Shown here one piece after another: positions 28,944 through 37,622 of a stretch of 64,000 nucleotides of DNA. This DNA is from a bacterium (GTDB lineage: Bacteria > Patescibacteriota > Minisyncoccia > Minisyncoccales > UBA10102). The notes beneath the pieces are model-generated. The model had not been told where the DNA came from and did not search any database. It was given only the letters and a program-made list of their open reading frames with translations. The DNA lies in NCBI GenBank assembly GCA_030647485.1, contig JAUSJT010000004.1, positions 173,088 to 237,087 on the forward strand, written 5' to 3'. Positions within the stretch are counted from its first letter, which is position 1, and each line of letters begins with the position of its first letter. The position numbers and the translations under genes were made by a program.

Positions 28944-29297
28944 ATGCAAGTCCAGCTTCCCAGATCTCTTGAGTTCATCACTGTAAAAAATCTTGGTGGT
29001 GAACCGAAGGGAGAAAAGTTGAAAAGGGGGATGACTAAGCAGCAGATCTTTGAAGATCTTAAAGGACAAGTAGATAGAGGGGAACCTCTTCTGCTTGAGA
29101 TTATTGGCGGAGTTCACAAGATTCTTTCCTTGGATCTCGTAGAGGGTGGGTACTATATACAAACCTCAAACGAGCAAGGAGAAGTTATTGGAAAAACGCT
29201 GATTGATCCGGATGTCGCGCGAGCAGAACTTCGGACCCTCGCAATAAAAAGGTCTGTAGGTAGAACTCAAAGGAGGCGAAAAAGGGGGAAGGCATGA
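28944..29297 (+). CDS. Orphan protein with basic C-terminus
   Basis: ORF ending RTQRRRKRGKA; start uncertain (28917 or 28944). Confidence 0.6.
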   Translation: MQVQLPRSLEFITVKNLGGEPKGEKLKRGMTKQQIFEDLKGQVDRGEPLLLEIIGGVHKILSLDLVEGGYYIQTSNEQGEVIGKTLIDPDVARAELRTLAIKRSVGRTQRRRKRGKA

Positions 29298-29775
29298 AAA
29301 TGCTCTTCCCCGATCCCTTAAGCCCAAGGCTAGGCCTTGTGCCGATGTCGTGGGCTTAAGAGATTGAACAGCACCTTATACAATTTCTTCGGGGCGGCGA
29401 AATGGACATCAGGGTAGTAGTAGAACTACAAACTACTAACTACAAACTAAAAACTGATTCTGGTGTTCAGCTCGCCGCTATGGAATTCATAGCGAAACAG
29501 AAAGAAAAGAATGGGGTAGCACCTAAAGGAAGAGAGATGTTCGCACAAAAGGGGCCGGGAACTTTGAATGATTTCTTCACGCAAGAACGCGAAGAGATAA
29601 GAAATTTTTTCCACCGACAGGCAGACGTGGAGATGGCATTAAAGACCCAGGTAAGTGTTGAGGTAATTCTCCGGAATTACCTGGGAAGACCCCGATAAGG
29701 CGGCGGGGCAAGGCGAGGAGCAAGAGAATTTGTTCACACGAATCCCTCTGCTCCTCCATTCATCAAAGTTCAGAA
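29285..29775 (+). ncRNA. Second candidate large structured RNA segment
   Basis: Hairpins 29285-29311 (GAAA loop), 29317-29360, 29394-29478; stem 29559-29571/29760-29771 enclosing further hairpins. Confidence 0.55.
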
Positions 29776-29822
29776 AGAAATTTATGGATTTTGATGGGGA
29801 AAGTTCTTTGAAATAGACTAGG

Positions 29823-30110
29823 CTAAGAGAGATCAACGCCGAGTTTCGCTTTGAGCACTTGTTTGACGCGATTGATGTCCTGTTTCATAATGGTAAATTC
29901 GTCTTCCATGTCGGTCATGCGCTTGAGAAACTTATCCAGCGTGGTAGTAAGTTTCTCAATCTTCTGATTAATCCGTAGTTCCATCCTTTCCAGCTTTTTA
30001 TCAACATCTGAAAGAATAACAATACGGTTCATTGAAAGTTTTTCATCCACGGCATTCAGAATAACCTTTGTCTGTCTATCTAAAAGTTTTTCGATGTTTT
30101 GTTCCGCCAT
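29823..30110 (-). CDS. Small coiled-coil hypothetical protein
   Basis: Heptad-like 95 aa ORF; TTGACA-16-TACAAT, then 6 nt to ATG. Confidence 0.75.
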   Translation of the reverse strand: MAEQNIEKLLDRQTKVILNAVDEKLSMNRIVILSDVDKKLERMELRINQKIEKLTTTLDKFLKRMTDMEDEFTIMKQDINRVKQVLKAKLGVDLS

Positions 30111-30370
30111 ATATTTATTGTAAGTCTTCAGCGCAAGATGTCAACAACACTTTGAAAACATGTTACATAAGAGAGCATAGAGGCGCTCTCGCAGAAGATT
30201 ATTTTTTCTCTCCTATCTTCTGTGAGAGTACCTCTGCGTTCTTGACCCCTCCCTTTCTTAAAAAGGTTAGGAAAGGGAGGGATTGACACTCCTAGAGAAA
30301 AATATACAATAAGAAAGTAATATCAGAAAGGTCGAATAGCAGTTTGTACCGTTGTAACTGAATTCATTAT

Positions 30371-30685
30371 ATGGCAGACGCATACCAAGATCTTCTCGAA
30401 TATATTGTGAAGGGCATTGTAGACCATCCTGACGACGTAAAGCTAGATAGAAAAGTTGACGAGATGGGCGTATTGCTCACCCTCAAGGTCAACCCAGAAG
30501 ACATGGGTCTTCTCATCGGCCGGGAGGGATCTACCGCACGATCAATAAGAACATTGATCCGCATTGCGGGCCTCAAAGCGCACGCAAGGGTAAACCTCAA
30601 AATAGAGGAACCTGAAGGAGGCCGCGTGCCAAGAAAGGAGTCTACAGACGAAAAGAAAGAATCTATCGACGACCTGAAGATATAG
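30371..30685 (+). CDS. khpA: KH domain RNA-binding protein
   Basis: IVDHPDDV, DMGLLIGREG. Confidence 0.93.
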   Translation: MADAYQDLLEYIVKGIVDHPDDVKLDRKVDEMGVLLTLKVNPEDMGLLIGREGSTARSIRTLIRIAGLKAHARVNLKIEEPEGGRVPRKESTDEKKESIDDLKI

Positions 30686-30804
30686 TCCTTCGATAAACTC
30701 AGGCCTTCGGCTCTGAGACTCAGGCTTGAAGAGATTAAGAGAGTTGTCTGAAATAAGAAAACAGTGCTACTATACAGGTGGCATTGTTTTCTTTTTTGCA
30801 ACAT

Positions 30805-31545
30805 ATGATTACATTTGACGTTATCACTATATTTCCAGAGTTCGTAAAGGCATTCTCTCAAGAATCTTTATTGAAAAAAGCTCAAGAGAAAAAACTCTTG
30901 AAGATAAACGTACACAACTTGAGAGATTGGGCAACAGACCCGCACAAGAAGGTTGATGACAAACCCTTTGGCGGGGGATTAGGCATGGTATTTAAAATTG
31001 AACCTTTGTACGAAGCAGTTCAAGATATAAGGAAATCCTTCCGCTCGCAAGCGTCAGGATCTCGACCAAAGGTCTCGAAAACTAAAGTCATCTTGTTCAC
31101 TCCTCGTGGAAAGAAATTCACCCAGCAAAAAGCAGAAGAACTTGTAAAGAACAAACGCCTTATCTTTATATGCGGAAGGTATGAGGGGATAGACGAAAGA
31201 GTGGCAAAACATATCGCAGATGAGGAACTGTCTATTGGGGACTATGTCTTAATGGGAGGGGAAATCCCTGCCATGGCCGTTATTGAGACAATAGCCCGTC
31301 TTATCCCGGGGGTCGTAGGCAAGCCCACCTTTCTTAAAGAACGCCGCCTAGGCGTCAAATCGGGCCAAAAACAAGGGTTTTTAGAGTATCCCCAGTATAC
31401 TCGCCCCGAGATTTTCTCCCCCCGCCTCGCCGGCGGGCGGGCTAAAAAGGGAGTAGTATGGAGGGTGCCTAAGGTTCTACTTTCTGGAGATCATAAAAAG
31501 ATTGAAGAATGGAAGCGAGAACAAGGCAGGGTTATTTGCAAATAG
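30805..31545 (+). CDS. trmD: tRNA (guanine-N1)-methyltransferase
   Basis: VDDKPFGGG, ICGRYEGIDER, IGDYVLMGGE. Confidence 0.97.
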   Translation: MITFDVITIFPEFVKAFSQESLLKKAQEKKLLKINVHNLRDWATDPHKKVDDKPFGGGLGMVFKIEPLYEAVQDIRKSFRSQASGSRPKVSKTKVILFTPRGKKFTQQKAEELVKNKRLIFICGRYEGIDERVAKHIADEELSIGDYVLMGGEIPAMAVIETIARLIPGVVGKPTFLKERRLGVKSGQKQGFLEYPQYTRPEIFSPRLAGGRAKKGVVWRVPKVLLSGDHKKIEEWKREQGRVICK

Positions 31546-31574
31546 GGGATTTTATGCTATCGTAGTGATGAATT

Positions 31575-31657
31575 GGGTCGGTACTCAAGCGGTCAACGAG
31601 GTGACGCTGTAAACGTCATGACTTCGGTCTTCGGGGGTTCGAATCCCTCCCGGCCCA
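31575..31657 (+). tRNA. tRNA-Tyr(GTA)
   Basis: TGACG-CTGTAAA-CGTCA, long variable arm, TTCGAAT. Confidence 0.95.
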
Positions 31658-31682
31658 CAATTTTTCCTATAAGGAAAAATTG

Positions 31683-31764
31683 CAAATTATTCCGTGGTGG
31701 AAAAATAGGAACGAAGTGACGTAAGAAACCGAAGGTGTCTTAAGCTGGGGGTCGGGGTAATTTG
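31683..31764 (+). repeat. Structured repeat family F, copy 3
   Basis: CAAATTATTCCG..CGGGGTAATTTG outer stem with conserved core. Confidence 0.9.
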
Positions 31765-31766
31765 GT

Positions 31767-31837
31767 GCCGAGGTAGCTCAATGGTAGAGCACGTCATTGG
31801 TAATGACGCGACAAGAGTTCAATTCTCTTTCTCGGCT
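31767..31837 (+). tRNA. tRNA-Thr(GGT)
   Basis: GCCGAGG acceptor; CGTCA-TTGGTAA-TGACG. Confidence 0.93.
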
Positions 31838-31890
31838 CCGACAAACAGGTCGTATTCGTATATTCGTATAAATTCGTAATTCGTAGAATC

Positions 31891-32067
31891 ATGGCAACAA
31901 AAAGAAAGGCATACACCAAGATGATGTGCGCGGAGTGCAAGAAAGTGAACTATTTTGCGCATAAGTCAAAAATGGTAAAAATGAAAGAAGGAGAGCAGAA
32001 GCTTGAACTAAAGAAGTTCTGCAGACATTGCAAGAAGCATACTCCCCACAAAGAAACAAAGAAATAG
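31891..32067 (+). CDS. rpmG: 50S ribosomal protein L33 (58 aa, below ORF-track cutoff)
   Basis: Manual translation MATKRKAYTKMMCAECKKVNY...LELKKFCRHCKKHTPHKETKK. Confidence 0.95.
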   Translation: MATKRKAYTKMMCAECKKVNYFAHKSKMVKMKEGEQKLELKKFCRHCKKHTPHKETKK

Positions 32068-32090
32068 GGGAAATTTTCTTTGAAAATTTG

Positions 32091-32176
32091 CGGTTCTCCC
32101 CGTGTAGGAAAACAGGTCGCCAAAGGCGACCGTTAGAAACCGTGGGTTTCTAAAAGAGGGGGGTCGGGGTGATTTT
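32091..32176 (+). repeat. Structured repeat family F, copy 4 (GTGTAGGAAA variant)
   Basis: CCCCGTGTAGGAAAA, GTCGCC-AAA-GGCGAC, TTAGAAACC-GTG-GGTTTCTAA, GGGGGGTCGGGG. Confidence 0.85.
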
Positions 32177-32178
32177 CT

Positions 32179-32252
32179 AGGGGCGTAGTGAAGTGGTATC
32201 ACGAATCTCTCCAAAAGATTCGGCGGAGGTTCGATTCCTCCCGCCCCTGCCA
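32179..32252 (+). tRNA. tRNA-Trp(CCA)
   Basis: AGGGGCG/CGCCCCT acceptor; AATCT-CTCCAAA-AGATT; encoded CCA. Confidence 0.95.
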
Positions 32253-32385
32253 CGTTCAGTTCACTTCGCCACAATTATGTAAACTAATTGTGGTTCGTTC
32301 ATGAACGTGGCGAGCCACAATTATGTGACTAATTGGTGACGAGCCACGTGAATAGAAGTAGAACATGAACGGTGGCCTGCCACAT

Positions 32386-32643
32386 ATGTATTACTTTTAT
32401 ATTCTTCGGAGTAAAAGGAATAGAAAACTCTATCTTGGTCAAACTGCAGATCTAAAAGCACGGATAAAATCTCATAATGCGGGGGAGAATAAAGCGACTA
32501 AACCTAACATCCCATACGAATTAATTTTTTACTCTGCTTTTAATAATGAGGGGGATGCCATAAATTCTGAGCAATATTTCAAAACAACGGCTGGTTGGAA
32601 ACGACTTAGTAAAATGCTAGAGAATACGCTAAAGGTAAAATAA
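32386..32643 (+). CDS. Small GIY-YIG nuclease family protein
   Basis: YFYILRS..LYLGQT..RIKSHN..EQYFKT. Confidence 0.9.
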   Translation: MYYFYILRSKRNRKLYLGQTADLKARIKSHNAGENKATKPNIPYELIFYSAFNNEGDAINSEQYFKTTAGWKRLSKMLENTLKVK

Positions 32644-32737
32644 AGAATCGCCAAGACGGCGGGTTTTTGGTATCCTTGATTTTTTGCATGATTTATGTAT
32701 AATGCACTTAGCTAAGACAACGAAGGAGGAATAGAAC

Positions 32738-33004
32738 ATGTCTTTACAACTTACTTCCAGGGAGCTAGCCGAGCTTGTAGAGCGTTTGCGATTGTTCAAT
32801 AGCATACCACCAGAACAAAGAATTGACGTCTCTGGCGTTGTTCGTCAGCATTGCACAGAAAGCACCCAGCTCTTCGCTACTGTGTACGGTGATGAACCTA
32901 CGGAAAACGAAACAATACAGCTCTGTGAGCATATCAAGCAATGCATTCCCTGTGGGGCGTTCCTGCGCTACATGTGGCGTGTAACCAGTCGTGCTGGCTA
33001 TTAA
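32738..33004 (+). CDS. Orphan protein with HxxxCxxC (zf-HC2-like) motif
   Basis: HIKQCIPC; own promoter, AAGGAGG SD and terminator. Confidence 0.65.
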   Translation: MSLQLTSRELAELVERLRLFNSIPPEQRIDVSGVVRQHCTESTQLFATVYGDEPTENETIQLCEHIKQCIPCGAFLRYMWRVTSRAGY

Positions 33005-33220
33005 CCGACTAGATCGCAGTCGAACAGGCCCAAATGAGAAGCGTCAGGTCTCGGTCTGACGCCTCTTTTCTTTTAATCCCTTTAAGCACCTAAATCTGGA
33101 ATGTAAATATGCCCCTTTTGCTGCTGTATTATAGTTCTAACGTCCTCCACGAGCCCCTGCATAAACAGAAAACGCCCTTTTGGGGGCGTTTTCTTGTACA
33201 ATAGAGTATAGAATTGTACC

Positions 33221-33541
33221 CTACATCTTGTTTGCTCCAGGAAGCGGAAGTCCCAACTTCTTGAGGTTTCGCACCACAGAAGCAAGCTGAGATACCACTA
33301 CGAGAAGAAAGCCAACCGGAACCAAGAATGCCAAGGAAGGAAGTCCTTGCGCAACAAGCTGCAACACCGCATACCCGAACACATACGCTAGTACGGATCC
33401 GTGCATGAACGCCGCAACCTTTCCGAATCGAAACTCCTTTCTAACCACTGCTCCCAATATACCCAAGATGACGTCAACCGCGATTAAGGCAACAATGATC
33501 TGCGTTTGAGTGCTTGAAAAAAGATCAACAAAATCTGGCAT
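33221..33541 (-). CDS. Small membrane protein, possibly holin-like
   Basis: Three hydrophobic segments; DVILG..SVVRNLKKLGLPLP resembles phage holin family 4. Confidence 0.6.
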   Translation of the reverse strand: MPDFVDLFSSTQTQIIVALIAVDVILGILGAVVRKEFRFGKVAAFMHGSVLAYVFGYAVLQLVAQGLPSLAFLVPVGFLLVVVSQLASVVRNLKKLGLPLPGANKM

Positions 33542-33689
33542 TTTCGTAAATTATAGATTATAGTACCCTTGTGCTTAAAAGTCTTTCGACCTTTTATAGA
33601 GTTATTCATTATACCTTACGCAAGGAGCCCAGAGAAGAAAGTTATCCACACTTCGACTCGCTCAGTGTAAACACTTTTGCAAAAACAAC

Positions 33690-34172
33690 ATGTTAAAGAT
33701 AGTGAAGTACCCTAATCCCATACTCAAGAAGAAATCAGAAGAGATACACCATGATGACAAATCCCTCCGTTCCCTTATTCCCCAGATGATTGAAGCAATG
33801 AAAAAAAACCAGGGAGTTGGACTTGCCGCTCCCCAAATTGGGATTTCAAAGAAAATCATCGTTATCACAGAAGGAGAAGAAGCCCATGCATTCTTAAATC
33901 CCAGGATTGTAAAGCAAAGCAAGGAAAAGGAACGAGACGAAGAAGGATGCTTGAGTCTGCCCGGGCTGTTCGTAGGGGTTCTTCGGTCAAAACAAGTAGA
34001 GGTCACAGCTGAAACACTTAATGGACAAAAGATAAAGATTAAGGCCCGAGATCTTGCAGCAAGAATCTTCCAACACGAGATTGATCACATAGAAGGTAAA
34101 CTTATTATCCATCGCATCAGTCCGCTTGCCCAATGGAAACTACGGAATCAATTAAAGAACCTGGCAAAATAA
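33690..34172 (+). CDS. def: Peptide deformylase
   Basis: GVGLAAPQIG, EGCLS, QHEIDH. Confidence 0.97.
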   Translation: MLKIVKYPNPILKKKSEEIHHDDKSLRSLIPQMIEAMKKNQGVGLAAPQIGISKKIIVITEGEEAHAFLNPRIVKQSKEKERDEEGCLSLPGLFVGVLRSKQVEVTAETLNGQKIKIKARDLAARIFQHEIDHIEGKLIIHRISPLAQWKLRNQLKNLAK

Positions 34173-34798
34173 CAAACCCGGCTATCCTTGAAGCGTTCCA
34201 CGACATACGAAGGGAAGATTTTCTGCCTTCGGATGTAAAGCCCCTCGCTTCCTTGAATGAAGCGCTTCCCATTGGATATAACCAAACAATATCCCAGCCC
34301 TTAACGGTTGGATTCATGCTGGAACTTCTAGAACCCAAAAGAGGGGACCGCATCCTTGATATTGGTGCTGGATCCGGGTGGACTACTGCTCTCCTTTCAC
34401 ATATTGTAGGCAAAGCCGAGTACAGTACTATACCCGGCAAAGAAGGAAGGGTCGTGGGATTAGAAATAATCCCAGAACTGGCAGAATTCGGAAAGAAAAA
34501 CGTAGCAAAGTACGGCTTTATTGAAAAAGGCATTGCCAAGTATCTGTGCCAAGACGCAAACAAAGGATATCCTCTTGAAGCTCCGTATGACGGAATACTC
34601 GTGAGCGCAACGCTTCCCAAGAAAGAACTGCCTCGCGCCTGGCGAGAACAGCTAAAAATAGGAGGAAAGATTGTGGTTCCCATTCAAGAATCTATCTGGG
34701 TGTTTACTAAAAAGCCTGCCCGCCGAGGAGGCGGGAGCGAACACAAGTTCACAGAAAAAGAATACCCAGGATTTGTGTTTGTCCCATTTGTTTCATGA
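34133..34798 (+). CDS. pcm: Protein-L-isoaspartate O-methyltransferase
   Basis: QTISQP, LDIGAGSGW, APYDGILV. Confidence 0.92.
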   Translation: METTESIKEPGKITNPAILEAFHDIRREDFLPSDVKPLASLNEALPIGYNQTISQPLTVGFMLELLEPKRGDRILDIGAGSGWTTALLSHIVGKAEYSTIPGKEGRVVGLEIIPELAEFGKKNVAKYGFIEKGIAKYLCQDANKGYPLEAPYDGILVSATLPKKELPRAWREQLKIGGKIVVPIQESIWVFTKKPARRGGGSEHKFTEKEYPGFVFVPFVS

Positions 34799-35691
34799 TA
34801 GTGCTCACTCGAAAAAAACTCTGGATAGGCGCACTCGTGGGGTTTTTGCTTTTTGTGTTGATCTTTATAACAATCTTTGCACCTGTGAGCAGGAAGTCCT
34901 CTATGGAAGTTATATTCTCCATCAAAAAGGGAGAGGGAAGCAGGGAGATAGGATACAACCTGCAAAGGTACGGACTCATTCGTTCTAGCCCGCTCTTTCG
35001 CATGTACGCAGTGATAACAGGGGTATCATTCAAGCTCCAGGCAGGGGATTATCTCTTAAGCCCAAGCATGTCGCTGTTTGACATGGTTAGGAAATTCACA
35101 ACAGGAGACGTCATACAAGAAAAACTCACCATTATTGAAGGATGGATCATTAAAGATATTGAAGACTATTTTGCAAAAAAGGGGCGCGTAATAGAAATCT
35201 CGCCTGATTTGGAAGGGTATCTATTCCCCGACACTTACCATATTCCAAACACTGCATCCAATAAAGAAATAGTTGGCATGATGCGTGAGAATTTTGAAAA
35301 GAAATTCAATAACGACTTACGACAAGAAACTTTACGGCAAGGAAAAACAATCGCTCAAATTATCACCATGGCTTCTCTTTTGGAAAAAGAGGTGAAGACG
35401 CTGGAAGATAAAAAACTAGTGGCAGGGGTCTTATGGAAAAGACTCTCTATAGGCATGGCCCTTCAGGTAGATGCCGCTCCCATCACCTATGCCGTGCAAG
35501 GGCTTCCTGCAGGGCCCATTTCAAACCCAGGGTTAGAAAGCATTCAGGCCGCTCTCTACTCAACAGACAACCCGTATTGGTATTATCTCTCAACTCCGGA
35601 AGGCCCGCCTGGCGGCGAGGCAAGCAAAACCATATTCAGCAGAACCCTAGGAGAACACAACATCGCAAAAGCCCGATATTTGAAAAACTAG
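34795..35691 (+). CDS. mltG: Endolytic transglycosylase
   Basis: LEGYLFPDTY, ASLLEKE, GLPAGPISNPG. Confidence 0.93.
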   Translation: MIVLTRKKLWIGALVGFLLFVLIFITIFAPVSRKSSMEVIFSIKKGEGSREIGYNLQRYGLIRSSPLFRMYAVITGVSFKLQAGDYLLSPSMSLFDMVRKFTTGDVIQEKLTIIEGWIIKDIEDYFAKKGRVIEISPDLEGYLFPDTYHIPNTASNKEIVGMMRENFEKKFNNDLRQETLRQGKTIAQIITMASLLEKEVKTLEDKKLVAGVLWKRLSIGMALQVDAAPITYAVQGLPAGPISNPGLESIQAALYSTDNPYWYYLSTPEGPPGGEASKTIFSRTLGEHNIAKARYLKN

Positions 35692-35698
35692 ACTTAAC

Positions 35699-36451
35699 CT
35701 AGTTTTTAGAACCTCCTTTACGCCATTGTATTGCTTTCAATACTGGAGCATATAGATCATCTTTAAGTTCCATGTTCAGCTCTTTTAATTCTGCTTTTGT
35801 TGGATTCCTCTTTTGAAACTTCACAAACGGCACGTCCTCAATAACTGCTAAGGGAGTTTGTTCGTCTCCCTCTCCCATGAGAAGGACAGCCGCGGTTCCT
35901 AAGGCGTCAGCAACGGCTGCTTTTGTCATTTTTAGTTTTCTGCCAAAAATATCAGGCCTGCCAATATAACTATTGAGAGCCGCAAATCCGCTGTGCGCCA
36001 AGAACTGCCCACGCTGACCGCGAAGCATTGGAGAGCTTGTGGTATCGGTGATAATAATGCCAACATGTTGCAAACCGTACCTTTTTGCTAAGTGGGCGCG
36101 GATCTGATTTGCTGATTTTTGGGAGTCTTGGGGCCAAAGGATAAAAATGCCATTCCCGTTAGACTCGTCTATTCCAGAAGTAAACCCAAGTCTATGATTC
36201 TTTATGGTTAAAAGCATCCGGTATTTTCTTGAAGGAAGCACATGATAAAGATTGGCTTCTTTCTTTGCCAAATCAAGTTTGTCCTGACCGGTGTTTAACA
36301 CTGTCCTACCCTCGCATATAGCTACGATCTTTGAAGTGACCGCAACAACGGTGCATTCTTTCAGACGAGGCAGGTATCTATCTAGAATCTCAAAAATATC
36401 ACGGTCTCTTCCGGGGATAATCTTTCGTGTTTTCACAGGAGATACTCTCAT
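35699..36451 (-). CDS. CofE-family gamma-glutamyl ligase (FolC2-like)
   Basis: TSKIVAICEG, GIDESN, DIFGRKL, MGEGDEQTP. Confidence 0.85.
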   Translation of the reverse strand: MRVSPVKTRKIIPGRDRDIFEILDRYLPRLKECTVVAVTSKIVAICEGRTVLNTGQDKLDLAKKEANLYHVLPSRKYRMLLTIKNHRLGFTSGIDESNGNGIFILWPQDSQKSANQIRAHLAKRYGLQHVGIIITDTTSSPMLRGQRGQFLAHSGFAALNSYIGRPDIFGRKLKMTKAAVADALGTAAVLLMGEGDEQTPLAVIEDVPFVKFQKRNPTKAELKELNMELKDDLYAPVLKAIQWRKGGSKN

Positions 36452-36518
36452 TGGAGGATTGTAGCAAAAAGAGGGGATATTGACAAAGAAACGAGAAGGG
36501 GATAGTATAGCAACATAT

Positions 36519-36585
36519 TCCGCAGACAGTGGGCGACCATAAGACCCACCGAGGAATGAGGCTCATGCCTTTCTTTGTCTGCGGA
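36519..36585 (+). promoter_or_regulatory. L10 leader autoregulatory RNA
   Basis: CCGCAGACAGTGGG..CCCACCGAGG..TGTCTGCGG upstream of rplJ; TTGACA-17-TAGTAT at 36480-36508. Confidence 0.8.
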
Positions 36586-36651
36586 AACGCAGGCGTTTGT
36601 TTTTTAAAAGAAATAAACGTCCTGATATAGAGAAGGATAATAATAGAAAAT

Positions 36652-37182
36652 ATGCCTAAAACAAAAGCGCAAAAAGCAATAACTCTAAAGGGATTAGGAG
36701 AACATATTGAGAAGCAGAACTCGATTCTTTTTGTTGACTATAAGGGGCTCAAGGTAAAAGAACTGCTCCTCTTGAGAAAACAGCTGAAAGAACTGGGGGC
36801 AAAACTCCAGGTCGCAAAAAAGACATTGCTCAAGAAAGCGTTGCAGGAAAAGGGGATAGACGTTGACCTGAAAGGAATGGAAGGGCAGGTAGCAGCAATC
36901 TTTTCTTTTCAAGACGCATTCTCACCTATAAAGAACGTAGCAATGTTCGCCAAGACAGCAGAAAAGCTAAAGATACTAGGGGGATACATTGAAAATCAAG
37001 TTAGAGACGCAAGCACCATGAAAGAGATCGGCTCCATTCCTTCAAAAGAAGAGCTGCTGGGAAGATTGGTAGGAAGCATTGCTTCACCCATGTCAGGATT
37101 CTTGAATGTCCTACAAGGAAACATTAAAGGTCTGGTTGTGGCATTAAACGCCATAAAAGATGCAAAAGCATCTGCTAACTAA
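36652..37182 (+). CDS. rplJ: 50S ribosomal protein L10
   Basis: VDYKGL, VAKKTL, PSKEELLGRL. Confidence 0.96.
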   Translation: MPKTKAQKAITLKGLGEHIEKQNSILFVDYKGLKVKELLLLRKQLKELGAKLQVAKKTLLKKALQEKGIDVDLKGMEGQVAAIFSFQDAFSPIKNVAMFAKTAEKLKILGGYIENQVRDASTMKEIGSIPSKEELLGRLVGSIASPMSGFLNVLQGNIKGLVVALNAIKDAKASAN

Positions 37183-37207
37183 AAACTAATAACTATAAAC
37201 TAACTAT

Positions 37208-37621
37208 ATGGCAGACGAAAAAGAAGTAGTTGAAGTCCCAGAGAAGTTCCAAGGACTTGTCTCAAGCGTTGAGAAGCTCTCGGTGCTTGATCTAGCCGAG
37301 CTCGTGAAGATCTTGGAGAAAAAGTTCGGAGTGTCTGCTGTCGCCCCTATAGCCGCAGCCCCAGCAACTGGAGCTGCCGCAGGAGCAGCGACAGAAGAGA
37401 AGACCTCTTTCAATGTCCAGTTGTCGGCAATAGGAGACAAGAAGATTGAGGTAATCAAAGTGGTCAGAGACGCAACAGGAAAAGGATTGAAAGAAGCAAA
37501 AGACCTAGTGGACGCAGCAGTTGCTGCTCCCCAAATGATAAAGGAGAATGCCTCAAAGGAAGAGGCGGAAGATCTCAAAAAGAAGCTTGAGGCGGCAGGA
37601 GCAAAAGTAGAATTGAAATAA
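37208..37621 (+). CDS. rplL: 50S ribosomal protein L7/L12
   Basis: [24 protein letters not shown]. Confidence 0.98.
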   Translation: MADEKEVVEVPEKFQGLVSSVEKLSVLDLAELVKILEKKFGVSAVAPIAAAPATGAAAGAATEEKTSFNVQLSAIGDKKIEVIKVVRDATGKGLKEAKDLVDAAVAAPQMIKENASKEEAEDLKKKLEAAGAKVELK

Positions 37622-37622
37622 T

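Noticed and set aside
29402..29698. 98-aa ORF as a real gene
   Set aside because: Lies within the hairpin-dense region, includes a heptamer repeat and has no clear SD or motif; not excluded.
28369..29775. RNase P RNA, tmRNA, SRP RNA or group II intron
   Set aside because: I found no GAGGAAAGTCC, tRNA-like ends, SRP domain IV or domain V pattern by eye.
32265..32385. CRISPR array (GCCACAATTATGT twice)
   Set aside because: Only two or three short degenerate units and no cas genes.
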